DNA from: Torpedo marmorata
Lineage: Eukaryota
Length of the DNA: 64,000 bases
Direction: 5' to 3'
Assembly: GCA_977017645.1 (NCBI GenBank)
Contig: OZ360228.1
Coordinates: forward strand, 79,112,001-79,176,000
Shown: piece after piece, positions 39,883-53,910 of the stretch
Position numbering within the stretch: the stretch's first letter is position 1
How the letters are laid out: each line of letters begins with the position of its first letter
The notes under the pieces: model-generated
Databases searched by the model: none
What the model saw: only the letters and a program-made list of their open reading frames with translations
What the model was told of the DNA's origin: nothing
Program-made: the position numbers and the translations under genes

Positions 39883-40005
39883 GTTGTTAATCTTCTCCAT
39901 AAAATCGAAATATTATTTCAGTGGGCACTGAATTAATTTCATGTGAATTTATTTTGTGAATCTGTAATCTGAAGACTTCAAACCCATTTCTTTTATTTTT
40001 TTCAG

Positions 40006-40078
40006 GGACAAAGGCCATCAGGAACGTGGACGCCTGAATTTTGGGGTGTTTGACATCGACCTGAACCTAATAAAACAG
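40006..40078 (+). other. candidate non-coding (5' UTR) exon of Otx2
   Basis: Strong acceptor ttcttttatttttttcag| and donor cag|gtgact; 73 nt. Confidence 0.35.
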
Positions 40079-40376
40079 GTGACTTTTTTGACAGATTGCT
40101 CTTCCTTGTTGATTGAGAACCGAGGATAATATTTTTCTACCGAAGTGGAGATTTGGTGCCGAGTATTGCGCAAAACCTTATATAGAAGGGAAAAGAGCTG
40201 CGTGTACAGCCACCGTGGAATGAAAACCGTTTGATATTGTTATGCGTGCATGAGAACAGTTTTCGCTGATTAGAAATCTTGATAAGTCATTTGTTTCCTT
40301 TTTCCCTCCAAAGTGGTTGTAACTATCCTGGAATTGTTGGTGTTCGTTTTCCCTTACACTTTTAGTTTGAGGGTTT

Positions 40377-40418
40377 GTGTGTGTGTGTGTATGTGTGTGT
40401 GTGTGTGGGGGGGGGGGG
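40377..40418. repeat. (GT)n microsatellite followed by poly-G
   Basis: Read directly. Confidence 0.9.
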
Positions 40419-42239
40419 TGATGAAGTGGGGACGGCTGACAAATCGCATCTTATCATATTCAAGTTAGGCAAAGCTTTCTCTGTTTTTCTAGTAGTTTAG
40501 ATAGAGCTTCGAATAACTGTGTTGCAATTATCGGTTTCTTCGTTCCTGTGTGAATGGAACCAAAAATCTTTCGTTTTCGCCTGTGTTAAACTGTTAAATC
40601 CCAGTAAATTTCCCCTTTCTAATGAATGTTCAAACACAGGGATAATTGAGGAGGCGTGGATTTCTCGAGGTTCCCCCCACCCCACCCCTTCATATCGCTG
40701 ATCAGTCCTTGCAATCCCAACCTCATCTGGGAAGCGCAGGGCCGGAGATGTTTATTGTCAATGATTTATCAGTTCAAACAAACTAGAATGAAATCGATCG
40801 CTTTCAATTATTGATCAACAGTTTTTTCCAGAAGAGAAACAGTTCGATAGTTCATCGAGAGTGTCTTTGCTAGACGGAAGCGAGATTATTTCCTTCTCTA
40901 CTTACAAACCATTTATTTATAATTTAGACCATGTTCGTATCAAATATGTTAACATTTAGAATGATTGTTAACAGGACCTTGCGGTTAGACTTTCTAACAA
41001 CAATACCAGCCAAATAATAGAATTCTGTACACATGCAAAAAAAAACAAGTTCTTCGTCACTCGCCTTAGTTGTGGAGGTACTTGAACGTTGCAGAAAAAG
41101 TTCAATCGACCATACCGTTCTTTTTACTGATTACATGCATATTTAGAACAAAATATCTTCAATTAAAAATTTATCCATTCCAAAAAACTAGTCTTGAATT
41201 AGAATGAAATGTTTTCTTGGATTAAAATAAAGGGTTTGAAACAAAATAAAAACACGAGCATTAACTACTACAGTTTAAACGTTTACTGGATAGTTGCTTG
41301 GCGTGACTACTTGTGTAGTTTGTCTTTTTATTTCGGACAGCATTAAGAGTCTGAATTTATAAACGATATTATAAAAAATTAACAATTGCTCTCCCCAATA
41401 TTAATCTCATTTGGGATTACTTTTGTGGTATGACATCTTAAAGATTTTCAATGCCTTATTTGGCTAGATGTTGGTGTTGAAGTTTAAATAGTTGATTGGT
41501 TATATCACATTTTTTGGAATAAATAATAAACGACATTGAATGCCAAACCTTTAGCACAACGGTACCTTAAATCATTATCGTGAGAACGTCAGTCGGAAGT
41601 CTGTAAAATTAGTATCGGCCTCATGGTATAATTAATATTGGAGTCTGTGATTTATGAAGCACCTTACACCTCAGTAGCTCGCCCTGGTTGCAAAACTCAA
41701 ATTTTAACGAACAACACGTCTCAGACAAATCTCAAACCTCACAGACGCGTGCAAGAGAAGACAGCGCACGTGTGCAACTCACTTTAAAGAAGAATTTAAA
41801 AAGCAATTGGCATCAAAAACAATATGTCAAATTGACGACCATTTCGCTTTGTACAAACAGGCGGTGGTGAGTGAAATAATTAGATGCGATATAAGATAAG
41901 CAATTTATAAGCAAATTTAATAATATTTGTAGTATGTTTGTATACAGTATATGGTTAAACATTTTAATGTTTGCAGTTGAGCAGCAACCTAGCATGTTAC
42001 AAATAAAGCCAAATGATTTGTATGTCCATTGTTTTGAGAAGTCCCACGAGTCTGAAAGTTGCAAGGCCGAGCCCTTTACGAGGTTAATGAAGTTTCTTTT
42101 AGTAAACACAGTTCGACTCGATAGCATTGTTTCATTTCCATCAAGCATAAAATTAATCAGAACAAATGCAGTAGGGCTGGGCAGAGAAAGCGTACTTCGC
42201 CATCCCAGTTTTTGCAGCGTCCTGTAATTAAGAAACGTG

Positions 42240-42566
42240 TGCCACCCGGATAATCTCGTTAATTTATCAAGAAACATTTATTGTAATTAATTCTCGGCCG
42301 CATGCTCGGCGGGTAATTACGATCGACCGAATGCCGAGCAACTGGTAGATAGGATTCTTGCAAAAAGTGACAGATTGTGCCGGGAAGCCGACAGATTCAG
42401 GCAGCTCTCTATATAACTGGCTGCACTTCCCTAGGAGCCATCGAGAGAGGCGGTTTCCCTTTAGCGCCAGCCTTGAAGATAGAATTAGGGCGATTGCCTG
42501 GAGAACGAAGGTGCAATTTGCAATCAATTTTGATCCCATTAATTGTTCGAGTGAAGTTTCTTTTAG
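42240..42566 (+). promoter_or_regulatory. otx2: candidate intermediate Otx2 promoter with TATA box and non-coding first exon
   Basis: Cluster of TAAT homeodomain sites (taatct, taatta) at 42220-42320; TATATAA at 42410-42416; donor ttttag|gtaaga at 42566/7. Confidence 0.55.
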
Positions 42567-43573
42567 GTAAGAACTTATACTTGAATTTGAGGAAGTGACT
42601 TTCTACATGTTTGTTTTTGTTTAATAGAAGAAATCAGTGACCTGTGTTCAATGTGTAGTGGCTCAAGATAGCGGGCAGACGTGTTGGACTGCGACAAGGA
42701 AACCTTGCTCAATGCAGCGCGCCAAACGCCAAGTTCACCCACTGGTTGCGGCGCCACGGAGTTTTTTTTTTGTGAAGGAAGGTCCAGTGATTTACTTTAG
42801 CTCTTTTTGCTAAATTTAGTAGGTCATTTTTTAATAGACCGCCCTGCATTGATCAAAGTTTGTCATTGCAACCCCTACTTCCGCCATTTTGGAGGTGTGC
42901 ACACTCCTGTTAAACCGCGCTTTGTAAAGTGAGATGGAAATCACAAATAATACATAGCCGCTATTTTTTTTGAAAGGCAGTAAAATATTTTGAACATTTG
43001 TTGCTACGGGAAGATTTATCTGCTATTCCTTGGTCATGTAATCAGGTGACAATATGTGACTTCCGCGGCCAAACAATATGCAATGACAATGTGTAAAGTT
43101 GTACAATCAACAAGGGAACCTAGTATTTGTTTGTGTAATCTACACACTAAGCTCTTCATTAAATAATGTTGGATGTTACATTCAACTCCGGTACAATTAG
43201 GCGCAAATGGTTTAGATTCTCAGTGTTTTTTTCTGATATGCGAATTGATTCCTTGTGTGCTTATCTTATTGGCTCTGACACACTTAGTTTCAACAGGCAC
43301 AGAGATGCGATATTCTTAGCCACCCCCCAAAAAAATTATACCCGAGTCACTTATTCGATAGAAGCCAGCGTTGCATCTCATGAAATGCTGTCTTCGTGCT
43401 TAAAAAATGAACGGGTGTATTCTCGTTTAAAAACTGCCTTAAGCCTCATTTGTGAAACTTAATATAAAACTATAAACTTCAAACTGCAGGCTGTAAGTTA
43501 CGCACAGTGTCATTTTTCGTATTGTGCCTTTGTTTTATCTCTGTTGTTGCTACTGTTGCCAACAGTTTGCCAA

Positions 43574-43574
<1 letters not shown>

Positions 43575-43615
<41 letters not shown>

Positions 43616-43680
43616 ACTCACTCACTTACTCACTCACTCTACCCCCTCCCCCTCCGTCTTCCCCTTTCTCTCTCCCTCCT
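43575..43680. repeat. (CT)n/(CTCA)n polypyrimidine microsatellite
   Basis: Read directly. Confidence 0.9.
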
Positions 43681-43689
43681 CTGTTTGGG

Positions 43690-43810
43690 CCTGCAAATCC
43701 ATTGTCTTTGTAAATGGTCCCAATCAAGTTTTGTTTGAGCCAATTAGCGTGATAACAGATTGATGCTAACGAATGGGATCTATGCAAATTGCAATGCTAA
43801 CAAAGAGACG
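43690..43810 (+). promoter_or_regulatory. otx2: candidate proximal Otx2 promoter/enhancer block
   Basis: Sox-like cattgtc and aacaaag (43799), CCAAT boxes (43719, 43740) and octamer ATGCAAAT (43782-43789). Confidence 0.45.
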
Positions 43811-44171
43811 TGTGTATTTGAATTATGTATGTCTGCATGTGTGTGTGTGTAAGTGTAAGGCGTGCAAGAAGAATGGGTGTAGCACGTTTTTGGGACATAT
43901 TTATCGGGTCAGCATCCCTTGGTTCAAGAGGCAGCTGGGGGTCCCCGGATGCTTTAAAGGGACGGGCTGGGATCTATAGAGGGATCAGATACTTAGAGTG
44001 ATCAGAGATACAACATCTCCTCTGGATCCCTTCTCTTACCTCGCTGTTTTATTCTGTGTATAGATTTCAACCAAGGCCTTACTACAAAGTCACCAGAGGA
44101 TCGAAACAAACAAGATACCGCATTTTTAAAAACTTATTTATTGCAATTTTGCGTTTCGAACCAACTTTAGC

Positions 44172-44268
44172 ATGATGTCGTATCTCAAACAACCTCCATA
44201 CACAGTGAATGGGCTGAGCCTCACTACATCGGGTATGGATCTGCTTCACCCTTCAGTCGGCTATCCCT
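44172..44268 (+). CDS. otx2: Otx2 coding exon 1 ([32 protein letters not shown])
   Basis: Translated by hand from ATG 44172; matches the vertebrate OTX2 N-terminus. 97 nt, donor |gtaagt at 44269. A probable upstream acceptor at 44063 gives a 108-nt UTR part. Too short for the ORF track. Confidence 0.97.
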
Positions 44269-44567
44269 GTAAGTATCGTTTTACTTTTAGCTTAAATCTC
44301 TGAAAACAAACTTCAGCGCCGGGCGAGACTTCGCCTTGCCTTTCACCCTTAAACACAACTGACGGCTCTTTTTGTAAAGTATATTGGCGTGTGTTTAAAT
44401 GAGATTTAGTGGACAGCCAGGACATTTTCACATACCATTTTCTTGAAAAATATTTGGTCACAGCACAAAACTTTTTGTACCAGATTACACTGCCATTGTG
44501 AAACTTTTCCCGCGTTCTAACTGGTCGATCCTTTTCGCTGTTTACATTTAAGCAAGGATGACGTTAG

Positions 44568-44948
<381 letters not shown>

Positions 44949-45278
44949 TAAAAGTGGACGAATGGCGGTGCTGGGAAGCGGCCGTATTTCGCGGCGAGCC
45001 ACCTGCTGGGACTCTGGTCTGTGCTTTTCTGCAAGTGATTGACGATGATCGGCCGTAAACTCGGGGAGATAACATTAATGGACGAAATGTTTTGATGCAA
45101 ATTTAAATGTAATTTAAACCGTAAACTTAAACATTCAAAGGAAAGTTATGCAGGAACACCCCCTCTCCCTTTACATAAAAAGGGAAACTGATGTAAGGGA
45201 TCCAAGTATAAATGGTTCATTGTAGATTTTCGTTCTGAAGATTGTGGTTAATATTGACAGGAAATATTAGTAAAACAC

Positions 45279-45450
45279 GAAAGTCTGCAGACACCGTGGT
45301 TGAAGTAAAAACACAATGCTGGAGAAACTCAGCAGGTCAAACAGTGTACAAAGATAAAGATACATAACCGACGTTTCCGGCTTGAGCATCTTTGCTATAT
45401 AAAGTACACTGTTTGACCTGCTGAGTTTCTCCAGCATTGTGTTTTACTTT
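45279..45450. mobile_element. palindromic Penelope-end-derived element in Otx2 intron 2
   Basis: The left arm matches the PLE end at 61455-61545. Arms 45303-45349 and 45404-45449 are inverted repeats. Confidence 0.85.
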
Positions 45451-45647
45451 GACTTAAAACACTGTTTATCGAATAGAATGGAACCAGTTCTACACCGGTA
45501 CGCGTGCATCCACAATCAATAAAATGATACTTTTTATTAGACTATATAAATAAAATACTACAGCCATTTGAAATCTCTTTTTATCTCACAATAACTCTTC
45601 GGTAAAGAGTTATTTGTTACGGTTGAACTCATTTTCTTGTTTTGAAG

Positions 45648-46271
45648 GTGTGGTTCAAAAACCGTCGAGCAAAGTGCCGCCAACAACAGCAGCAGCAGCA
45701 GAATGGAGGGCAGCATAAAGTTCGGCCGACGAAAAAGAAGAGCTCTCCTGCCCGGGAGCTGGGCTCGGAGAGCGTGGCAGGCGGCCAATTCACGCCGCCC
45801 TCCAGCACCTCGGTGACGGCCATATCGAGCAGTACCGCCCCAGTGTCAATTTGGAGCCCCGCGTCCATATCTCCGATCGCCCCCGATGGCCTCTCCACGT
45901 CCTCGTCCTGTATGCAGCGTTCCTACCCCATGACCTACACCCAGGCCTCGGGTTATACTCAGGGATATGCCGGATCCACGTCCTACTTTGGGGGAATGGA
46001 CTGCGGCTCGTACCTGTCCCCGATGCACCACCAGCTCCCTGCCCCAGGGACAGCGCTCAGTCCCATGGGCACAAACGCAGTCACTGCAGGCCATCTCAAC
46101 CAGTCTCCGGCCTCCCTCTCTGCCCAAGGCTACACAGCCGGTGGATTAGGTTTTAATTCCACCGATTGCTTGGATTATAAAGACCAGACAGCTTCATGGA
46201 AACTCAACTTCAACGCTGACTGCTTGGATTACAAAGATCAAACATCATCGTGGAAGTTTCAAGTTTTGTGA
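45648..46271 (+). CDS. otx2: Otx2 coding exon 3 (K50 helix, poly-Q, SIWSPAS motif, tandem OTX tail)
   Basis: [63 protein letters not shown]-stop. The spliced product is 290 aa. No His-rich insert, which argues against Otx1. Confidence 0.98.
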   Translation: MWFKNRRAKCRQQQQQQQNGGQHKVRPTKKKSSPARELGSESVAGGQFTPPSSTSVTAISSSTAPVSIWSPASISPIAPDGLSTSSSCMQRSYPMTYTQASGYTQGYAGSTSYFGGMDCGSYLSPMHHQLPAPGTALSPMGTNAVTAGHLNQSPASLSAQGYTAGGLGFNSTDCLDYKDQTASWKLNFNADCLDYKDQTSSWKFQVL

Positions 46272-47878
46272 GGTGCTGGAACTCTGTTCGAAACTGGACT
46301 AATAATTTCAATGTTAGATCTTCGGAATGGAGAGCACAAAACGTCATCATTCCAGTTTTTGTAGCCAACTCTGGAGGTTAAATACTTTGGGATGGACAGG
46401 ACAATATTTGTGATCATTCCAATGTTAGCCATTTCTTAGGTTGGCGTTGAAAAACATAAAGGACCATCAGGGCTGTGTGAATTGTGCGATTGGTTGTCAC
46501 AGATGCACTACTTTATTTAAAAAAAATGTTTATAAAGGTTCCATATGTAGATCTGAGAGACAATCAGTGTGCGTCTTATATCAGTGGTACATCTGTGTTT
46601 TTATTTGTGTTCGACTCAAAACAAATATGATCTGCTGTACTGTATGCAAGTATGTGATCCGCTTGATGCTGTTGAACAAGAGAGGCGGGGCTGGTGTTGG
46701 GGTGGGGTGGTGGTGGTTCTGCTGTTCTAAAATGGAGCCAAATTCTGCTGGAAAAAATTACCCGCCATTGTTTGAAAGGGGCGCCTTCAAACACACTGAA
46801 CTGTGACTTCGTGATTCTGGCTACAAACTTCACATGGACGCTAAAGCTCTGTCTCACTGATGCCAATATCTTAAAATACGAACAGCTGTATTGATCCCAT
46901 TGAGGATCAGGTATTCAGAAGTTAGCTCTATTGTTTGCAGATGTTAATAGAGTAATGTTATATATGCATAAACGTTAACCATACTGCAGTCGACAGATTC
47001 GTATGGCTATATTAAAGTCATTCTAGCACAATTTTGATTTGTCTTCCACGGTTCAATCTTAAACAATATCCGATTTTAAAAAAAACCATGCAGCTTGATA
47101 GCACTTACCATGAGTGTATACAAAACTGCGCGACTTCGAGTATGCCTTTAGGGTTCATTAGTTTACCAAATAATGTCTGTTCAGGTAATCTCACTCCTTT
47201 TTTTTTTACTCTGCACCCTCCCATTCCCCGCAACACCCCATTCCTATGTTCCCCTCATAAAACATAAGGGTGAGAATGTGCTTTATAGCTTGCAGCCAGT
47301 CTCTTGAGTGGCGAAAATTTGCACTGTACCAGGTCTTTTTTTTTTTCATTTTTGTTTTCCATTTTAGAGGCACAGATATAAGCTGTCTGTTTATGTTTGA
47401 AAACGAGAGGAAAACAATTTCTTGTAGCAAATGATGCACAAAGGATGCCTGAATTAGAGTGTGTATATATATTTGTATATATATAATATACATACTCCAA
47501 CCTGCAACTTCGGAAGCTAAACAGACGCTAGGCGCTTTACTTGTCTATTTTCCTTCAGAGTTCTGAAATTTTATCGATTTTTTATGTACAGGATACTTTT
47601 GTAATTAGTATTTCTTATTATGTAAAAAATAAGGACGGGGTTTGATCTGGAAACCAGTCTCTACAACATTCTTTTCTTTTTTATTAGGTATTGTAAGTGT
47701 TTTCGATGTAAATGTAGGTAAGGTAAATGATTCATAAATTGTGCTTTTTACAAGTGATTTTTTTTGTCCATTTCAGATATTTATTGTTCAACTAATTCAT
47801 ATAAAATATTCGGTTATGTACAGTGTTTATTTTATGATAGATAAAAAAGGTCTTGTGAAATTTCGATCATTTCTTTAT

Positions 47879-47884
47879 AATAAA
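47879..47884 (+). terminator. candidate Otx2 polyadenylation signal (3' UTR about 1.6 kb)
   Basis: First clear AATAAA I found after the stop; it is preceded by TGTA- and T-rich sequence. Confidence 0.45.
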
Positions 47885-50800
47885 TATCACTTTTGCTGCT
47901 AAACTGGTTAATGATAACTCCCCATATCCATTATCCAAGTAGATCCAGAACCTGTGTCCCACCCATTACTTTGTTACTGCCTGAGTTAGTTGCTGATTAA
48001 GGAGGCTTTAGTTTGAATCCGTGTGCTATACGCCCTAACGTGCAATACACAGAAGTAGATCTTGACTTACATTATGGTGGCAGCACATGTCAGCTGTCTG
48101 AATGCAAACAATATGATTTGACGCAAAATCTCGTTCAAAGTTAAAACATTGATGTACATCGATTCATCAAGATTACACAGGGCACTGTATGCACCGTTTT
48201 TGAAAGTGTTTATAAAGCTAAACGTAAATGTTCACATTACACGTCCAAGCGCAAGTGTACTTAGTTCGGTGTAAACATTAACATGGGGAAAGGATTGGCG
48301 AGATTACAGATATATTCAAAAGGTCTATGGTCATGAAAGCAATTCTTCCTTCTTCAGGAATTTTCATTTTAGGCTCCTTCCAAGTTCATTGTTTGCATTA
48401 TTGCACCAGCAATTCTCCCTGAAAGAACCATTTTCCAGTATCTCATGTCAAGGATTTGGAACATATGGTACATCTTTAATGTTCTGAAAAGATAATATCG
48501 TAATACCGGTCTATGTATTCAATTCGCTTTCCAACGTACAAAGTAATGATTCGGGCAAACAGCACGGATACGAATAAGGTCATGGCCTTTACTTATTACG
48601 ACAGATTCTACAGCTATGAGTCAAAGCACATCAAACTTGTAATTTTAATTCATCAAAGAACACTTCTCGTCTTGTTTCACAAGCCTAGATTTTTATAAAG
48701 CATAACTTCTTCCACTCGTATTCCTAACCACTTAACTCAAAAAGATCACTTTTGATCTGTTTCATTGTTAACCTCGGGGGAGGGGGAGATTGGCTAATTA
48801 ATTAATAAATAATTAACATGAAAGCTGTACACGAGAAATGAATAGAAAACACTGCAATTTTAAACACTTCTGTATACATACACAGTTAATAAACATTCTC
48901 CTCGTCACTTCAGTTCCCTTTTCTGATTCAACTTCATTAGTGGATTTGGAAGCGTTTCAATCTCAATTGCAGCTTCAGGTTTTAGATGGCTCACGAAGTC
49001 GTTGGAATTAGGGAAATGTGTCAATTCGTGGGAAGTTTCTTACAAATAATTGCCAAAAGCCTGGCATTAAATTAGTATGATTTACAACATCAAGCTACCT
49101 TTATGTTACTGTAGCAACAATCTCCAGATCTACGAATCTCACACTCGTTTTTTTTTTGTTGCTCGAATCTAACGAAATTATATAATGCATTATCGCGTCA
49201 TTCGTCACTTTTCTCATCGCTTGAGCTGCCCGCTTTCGCATTCCTCTTCTCAAAATCTTGTCTGATTACTTTTGGAAAGAACATGGATTCTACAACAGCT
49301 AACTCTGAGACAGAAAGTATGAAACTGCAGCTCCCTTTGTATGACACTTCCCAGTCTCCACCCTCCCCACCCTCTCACCACCCGCACATGTACATGCTTG
49401 TGTCGCTGCCCGTGTAATTGAATGGATGGGCAGCCTGTAAAAGAATGGTGGTGGGTGGGTGAGTTTCTCTGTGTCTGTGCCCACCTGTCTCTTCCTTACA
49501 CCCTCTCCTCACCCTTCCCGTCACAAGTGCTCATACTTCAAAAGATATTGTATATGTCTGTATGTATGTTTAAGACGGCCTTTCATTTTTACCCTGTATC
49601 TTATCAGCTGTGCCTGACTTCCCTGTTGGCTCGAAATCCACATCTCTGGGTGTACAACAACCTATATTTAGATAGCACCAAATAAAGTAAGGAGTTATTC
49701 TCAAATCGCTTCATTTAGGCGCTTGAATTTAGAAATTCCGGTGAACAGAATCTTTTGCCTTTAATAATCTACGAGCTCTTCGTTGCATATGTGCCTTGCG
49801 GAATGCGCAACTTTGACATAACAATTGCGGAAAGAATGATGTAATCCATAATTATGCGATTAAAGTTTATGAACTAGCATTTACTTCAGCCAAAATCCAT
49901 TGTTTTTAAGCATATGCAGAGACAAGGAGGAAGTGCACCTTGCAAGCTGACATTCTCAATTAAGAAGGATCGTGGATATTTAATCTTCGATCTGTCATGA
50001 CTAATAAAAGAAATACACCAAATATTAAACAAAGTTAAACCATTCTTACAAATAGTTTGAATATCTTAGAAAGATTGAAAATAACCAACGCCTATGATAA
50101 GCAAACAGTGAACATGGATTCTTTAGCTGGAACTGAATTCATCATTTGTTCAGGTGTGAACACCCACAAGCTGACGAATAAGTAACAGACCAAGTTGATA
50201 CATTTATCTGCAGAAATACTGGATACCACAACTTTCCTGCATTTCACATGATTGACTGATCTCCCGAGGCGTAAAGTTTTATATATTCAACGTGAGACTA
50301 TATTCCACATTATTTAATTCTCCTTATCCGAATCAACTTCGGTCAACGAGATAGAACTGTCCACTTTATTTGGATATACATTCGTTCTTTATCAGATGTC
50401 CCCTTTATTAGTAAATTATTTGCCATTTCCAGTGAAGTTTAGCGATTTTTTTTATATAATGCAGCGTTCAGTTTTTACGCAGGCACGCACGACCCAGGGG
50501 AAACACCGGGCTTATATCTGATGACTAGCGCAACAATTTACCATTATTTTGGCAATCAAATCTTATGTCTTACGTAAAATGTGATCACACTGTGTTAACA
50601 TTTTGCAGCAGGACATCATTGGGGAAAAACGACGGGAAAGTAATTGGACCCACAGCCCGAGTGCGATCTTTACATCCACGTTGTTCTCACCAATTCCAGC
50701 AAACTAACGTTAACTCAGAGCAGCATCCCGTTCAGCAAAGTTCTCCACTGACTAGTCAGCGCAAATATCCAGCGGAAGAGGCCAGTGACATCACAAGGGA

Positions 50801-52774
50801 AGATGAACAGGGTTCCTCAGTCTTTGAAGGAACAGAAACTAAAGTGACAGTCAAGGTAAAATTTAAGGTATTCCTAAATAATCATTTTTATTTCGGTAGA
50901 TTTTTGGAGTGAAAGGCCAATGAACAAAGTTCGAACTAAGTCCTTGTCCCCATATCACAGAGCCCCCAAATCATCTCCAAAACACATATCATGGAAGCTT
51001 GAATCGAAGTGCTACTTTCACCCTTCCGCAATAATCCAGCGATTCTCGTATTTCCATCTCATTGGAGGAATTACTATGGTATTGTTGAGTTCAAAGTGCA
51101 CAATCAGCCGGTACACGTGCAGGCATGTCCCATGGCTGCCTTGTCGTTGTAATTCATAGGCGACTTTGAAATGACAGGGAAATCTAAGTCTGATAGAACC
51201 TCCGTGCGCATCGTACTAATGTAATTACTGATGTCATTTCTGTTTCGCGGGCAGACTGCTCGATCAGTTATGCGGTTCTCATTGCTGGTCTTCAATCGCA
51301 GGTCAACCAACGCAGCATAGTTAGAAAAAAGATCAGATTGTAGCTCAGAGTCAGAAATGATATCCAAAAGGTGAGTTCACCCCTCCCAACTCTTGAAATT
51401 GTCATTCAATGCCAAAAGCAGGCATTAAAGCAGTAAGGCAGACAGGCATGGACAGTGCGAGCGCATCAGGACCTGACACGTTTGTGAAGACAGAGATCGG
51501 TCCAGCAAAAAAAAAAACCCACTTGTACAGCGATGCTCTCGTGAAAACGCAGACAATGAAAATTAACGAGAAAGCAATTTGCATTCTTAAAAAACAAGAA
51601 TAGCAAATCGCAGTTAAAAGTTCGTCTTACAAATCAGTTGAGTCTATAATATGCAAGGATTGCTCAGAATGCGTCATCTCATTCACGTTTGAATAAACCG
51701 CTTTGCGAATTAAAAATTTCTTAAGTAAATATATCTGTTAACACAGAAGGCGGCAGAATAACTCCTTTAATCTTAAATTTCCCGAATATTCGATGTTATC
51801 TCCATAATCACTAACGCTTCGGGAGAAATACTCGGTGCTTATGTTCAAACTGGCACCTCTTGGCATGTAGAGATGTCTTACTGCACCGCAGAATAGAGCT
51901 CAACGTGAAATGTATTCGTGCACATTACAACCGTTATGTAAAAATGTCATCATGCTTCAAATATTGTCTAAATGTTATGCACAATTAGGTTACGTTTGAA
52001 TCTTGCAATGATATTTGATTAAATTATGAATGTGTATTTAAAGTAAATATGTTGTTTTTGTTTGTGACACAGCCAAATTCAACATATTTAACATTTCGAC
52101 TCAAAATTCACGGTCTTTGGATATTTTCGGAAAACGAATATTTTTACATTGTTTTTGTATTAACCTAATGAAGAATCGCGTTCTCCTCCTCGTCTGTCCA
52201 GCGAGGACGGGGGCTGCAATGGTCGATGGGTCGTAACTGAATGAGATTCGTATCACAAGGCATCAAGGCTCCCCACCTTCTAAATCCCGTCCCAGTGTTA
52301 CCATCCCGCCACAACCCGCAATCCCCACCTGAGTTCGAAAATTATAACCCAACTTTCTGGTGATCGGCGTCCATGATCGAAATGAATCTCCGTCACCACA
52401 GCTCAAGGAAACGGACACATCTGGCGAACGATGTGAATATTGTGAACATGTTGACCTCAATTTACCGAAATTTCCCACGTGTACCTGATACCCATAATTT
52501 TATCCAACAATATTTCAAATATATTTACTACACACACATACATATATTTCTAGATTTACAAAGAATCGCGGGTTAATTTTCAACCACGCCGGCAATCAAC
52601 GGCTACTGTCCAGGAACACATTTATAAAATGTTCACGAGCAATTTACTGTATTTCTTCACGATTTCAAGGGTTTAAAAGTTGTGTATAAGAATGAGAATA
52701 CTAGACAATGGAATGTTAGTAATCTCCAATTATAAAATCACTCTGGACTAGTCTGACATTCTTATTTTGTAAGA

Positions 52775-53910
52775 AAGCAAAGATCTGGACCCACTGCAAT
52801 TCGCCTATCGTCACAATCGCTCCACAGCAGATGCAATATCGCTGGCTCTCCACTCAGCTCTGGATCACCTCGAAAACAGCAATTCATACATAAGGCTGTT
52901 CTTCATCGACTACAGCTCGGCCTGCAATACCATTATCCCCTCAGTGCTGGTCAAGAAGCTACAAACTCTAGGCCTCTGTACCCCACTCTGCAACTGGATC
53001 CTTGACTTTCTCATCCGAAGACCACAGTCATTACGAATTGGAAACAACTTCTCCTCCTCACTGATTATCAACACAGGCGCACCCCAAGGATGTGTGCTTA
53101 GCCCACTGCTCTACTTGTTATACACCCATGACTGTGTGGCCAGGCACAATTCCAATGCTATCTACAAGTTTGCCGATGACACCACAGTTGTCGGCAGAAT
53201 CACAAACGGCAATGAGGAAGCATATAGGAGAGAGATAAATCAGCTCGTTGAATGGTGTAAGGATAACAACCTTGCGCTCAACATCAGCAAAACCAAGGAA
53301 ATGATTGTGGACTTCAGGAGGAAGTCAGGGGAACACGACCCAGTCCACATCGAGGGCTCAGTCGTGGAGAGGGTCAAGAACTCCAAATTCCTGGGTGTCA
53401 GCATCTCCGAGGATCTGTCCTGGAGCCTCCACTTAAACTTCTACAGGTGTAGAGTATTCTGGCTGGTTGCATCACTGCCTGGTATGGAGGCTCAAACTCT
53501 CAGGACAAGAATAAACTCCAGAGGGTTGTTGACTAGGCCTGTGACATCACAGGCACCAGACATCACTCCATCGAGGACATCTACATGAGGCGGTGTCTTA
53601 AAAAAGCAGCCTCTATCCTCAAAGACCCCCACCACCCAGGCCATGCCCTCTTCACTCTGCTACCATCGGGAAAAAGATACAGGAGCCTAAAGACAGCACT
53701 CAACGGCACAAGGACAGCTTCTTCCCTGCTGCCATCAGATTCCTGAATAATCAATGAACCAAAGACACTGCCTTACTTTTTGTGCACTATTATTTATATA
53801 TATATTATAGTAATGTCGTAAGACGGTTATCATATGAATGTTTGCACTATGATGCTGCCGCAAAACACCAAATTTCATGACTTCTTCATGTCAATAAATT
53901 CTGATTCTGA
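52775..53910 (+). mobile_element. 5'-truncated Rex/Babar-type LINE (subfamily 'A') with an internal deletion
   Basis: ORF 52944..53588 has RT motifs; tail tcaataaattctgattctga. It lacks the segment after EDLSWSLH (about 53432). Confidence 0.92.

Noticed and set aside
50565-51603. Downstream coding exons or lncRNA (ORFs 50565..50912 etc.; strong donor aag|gtgagt at 51370)
   Set aside because: No recognisable protein similarity or consistent exon chain; isolated splice-like motifs are expected by chance.
51850-51868. CTCF site (ccaagaggtgccag on the minus strand)
   Set aside because: Mismatches at core positions; cannot be supported without a PWM scan or ChIP data.
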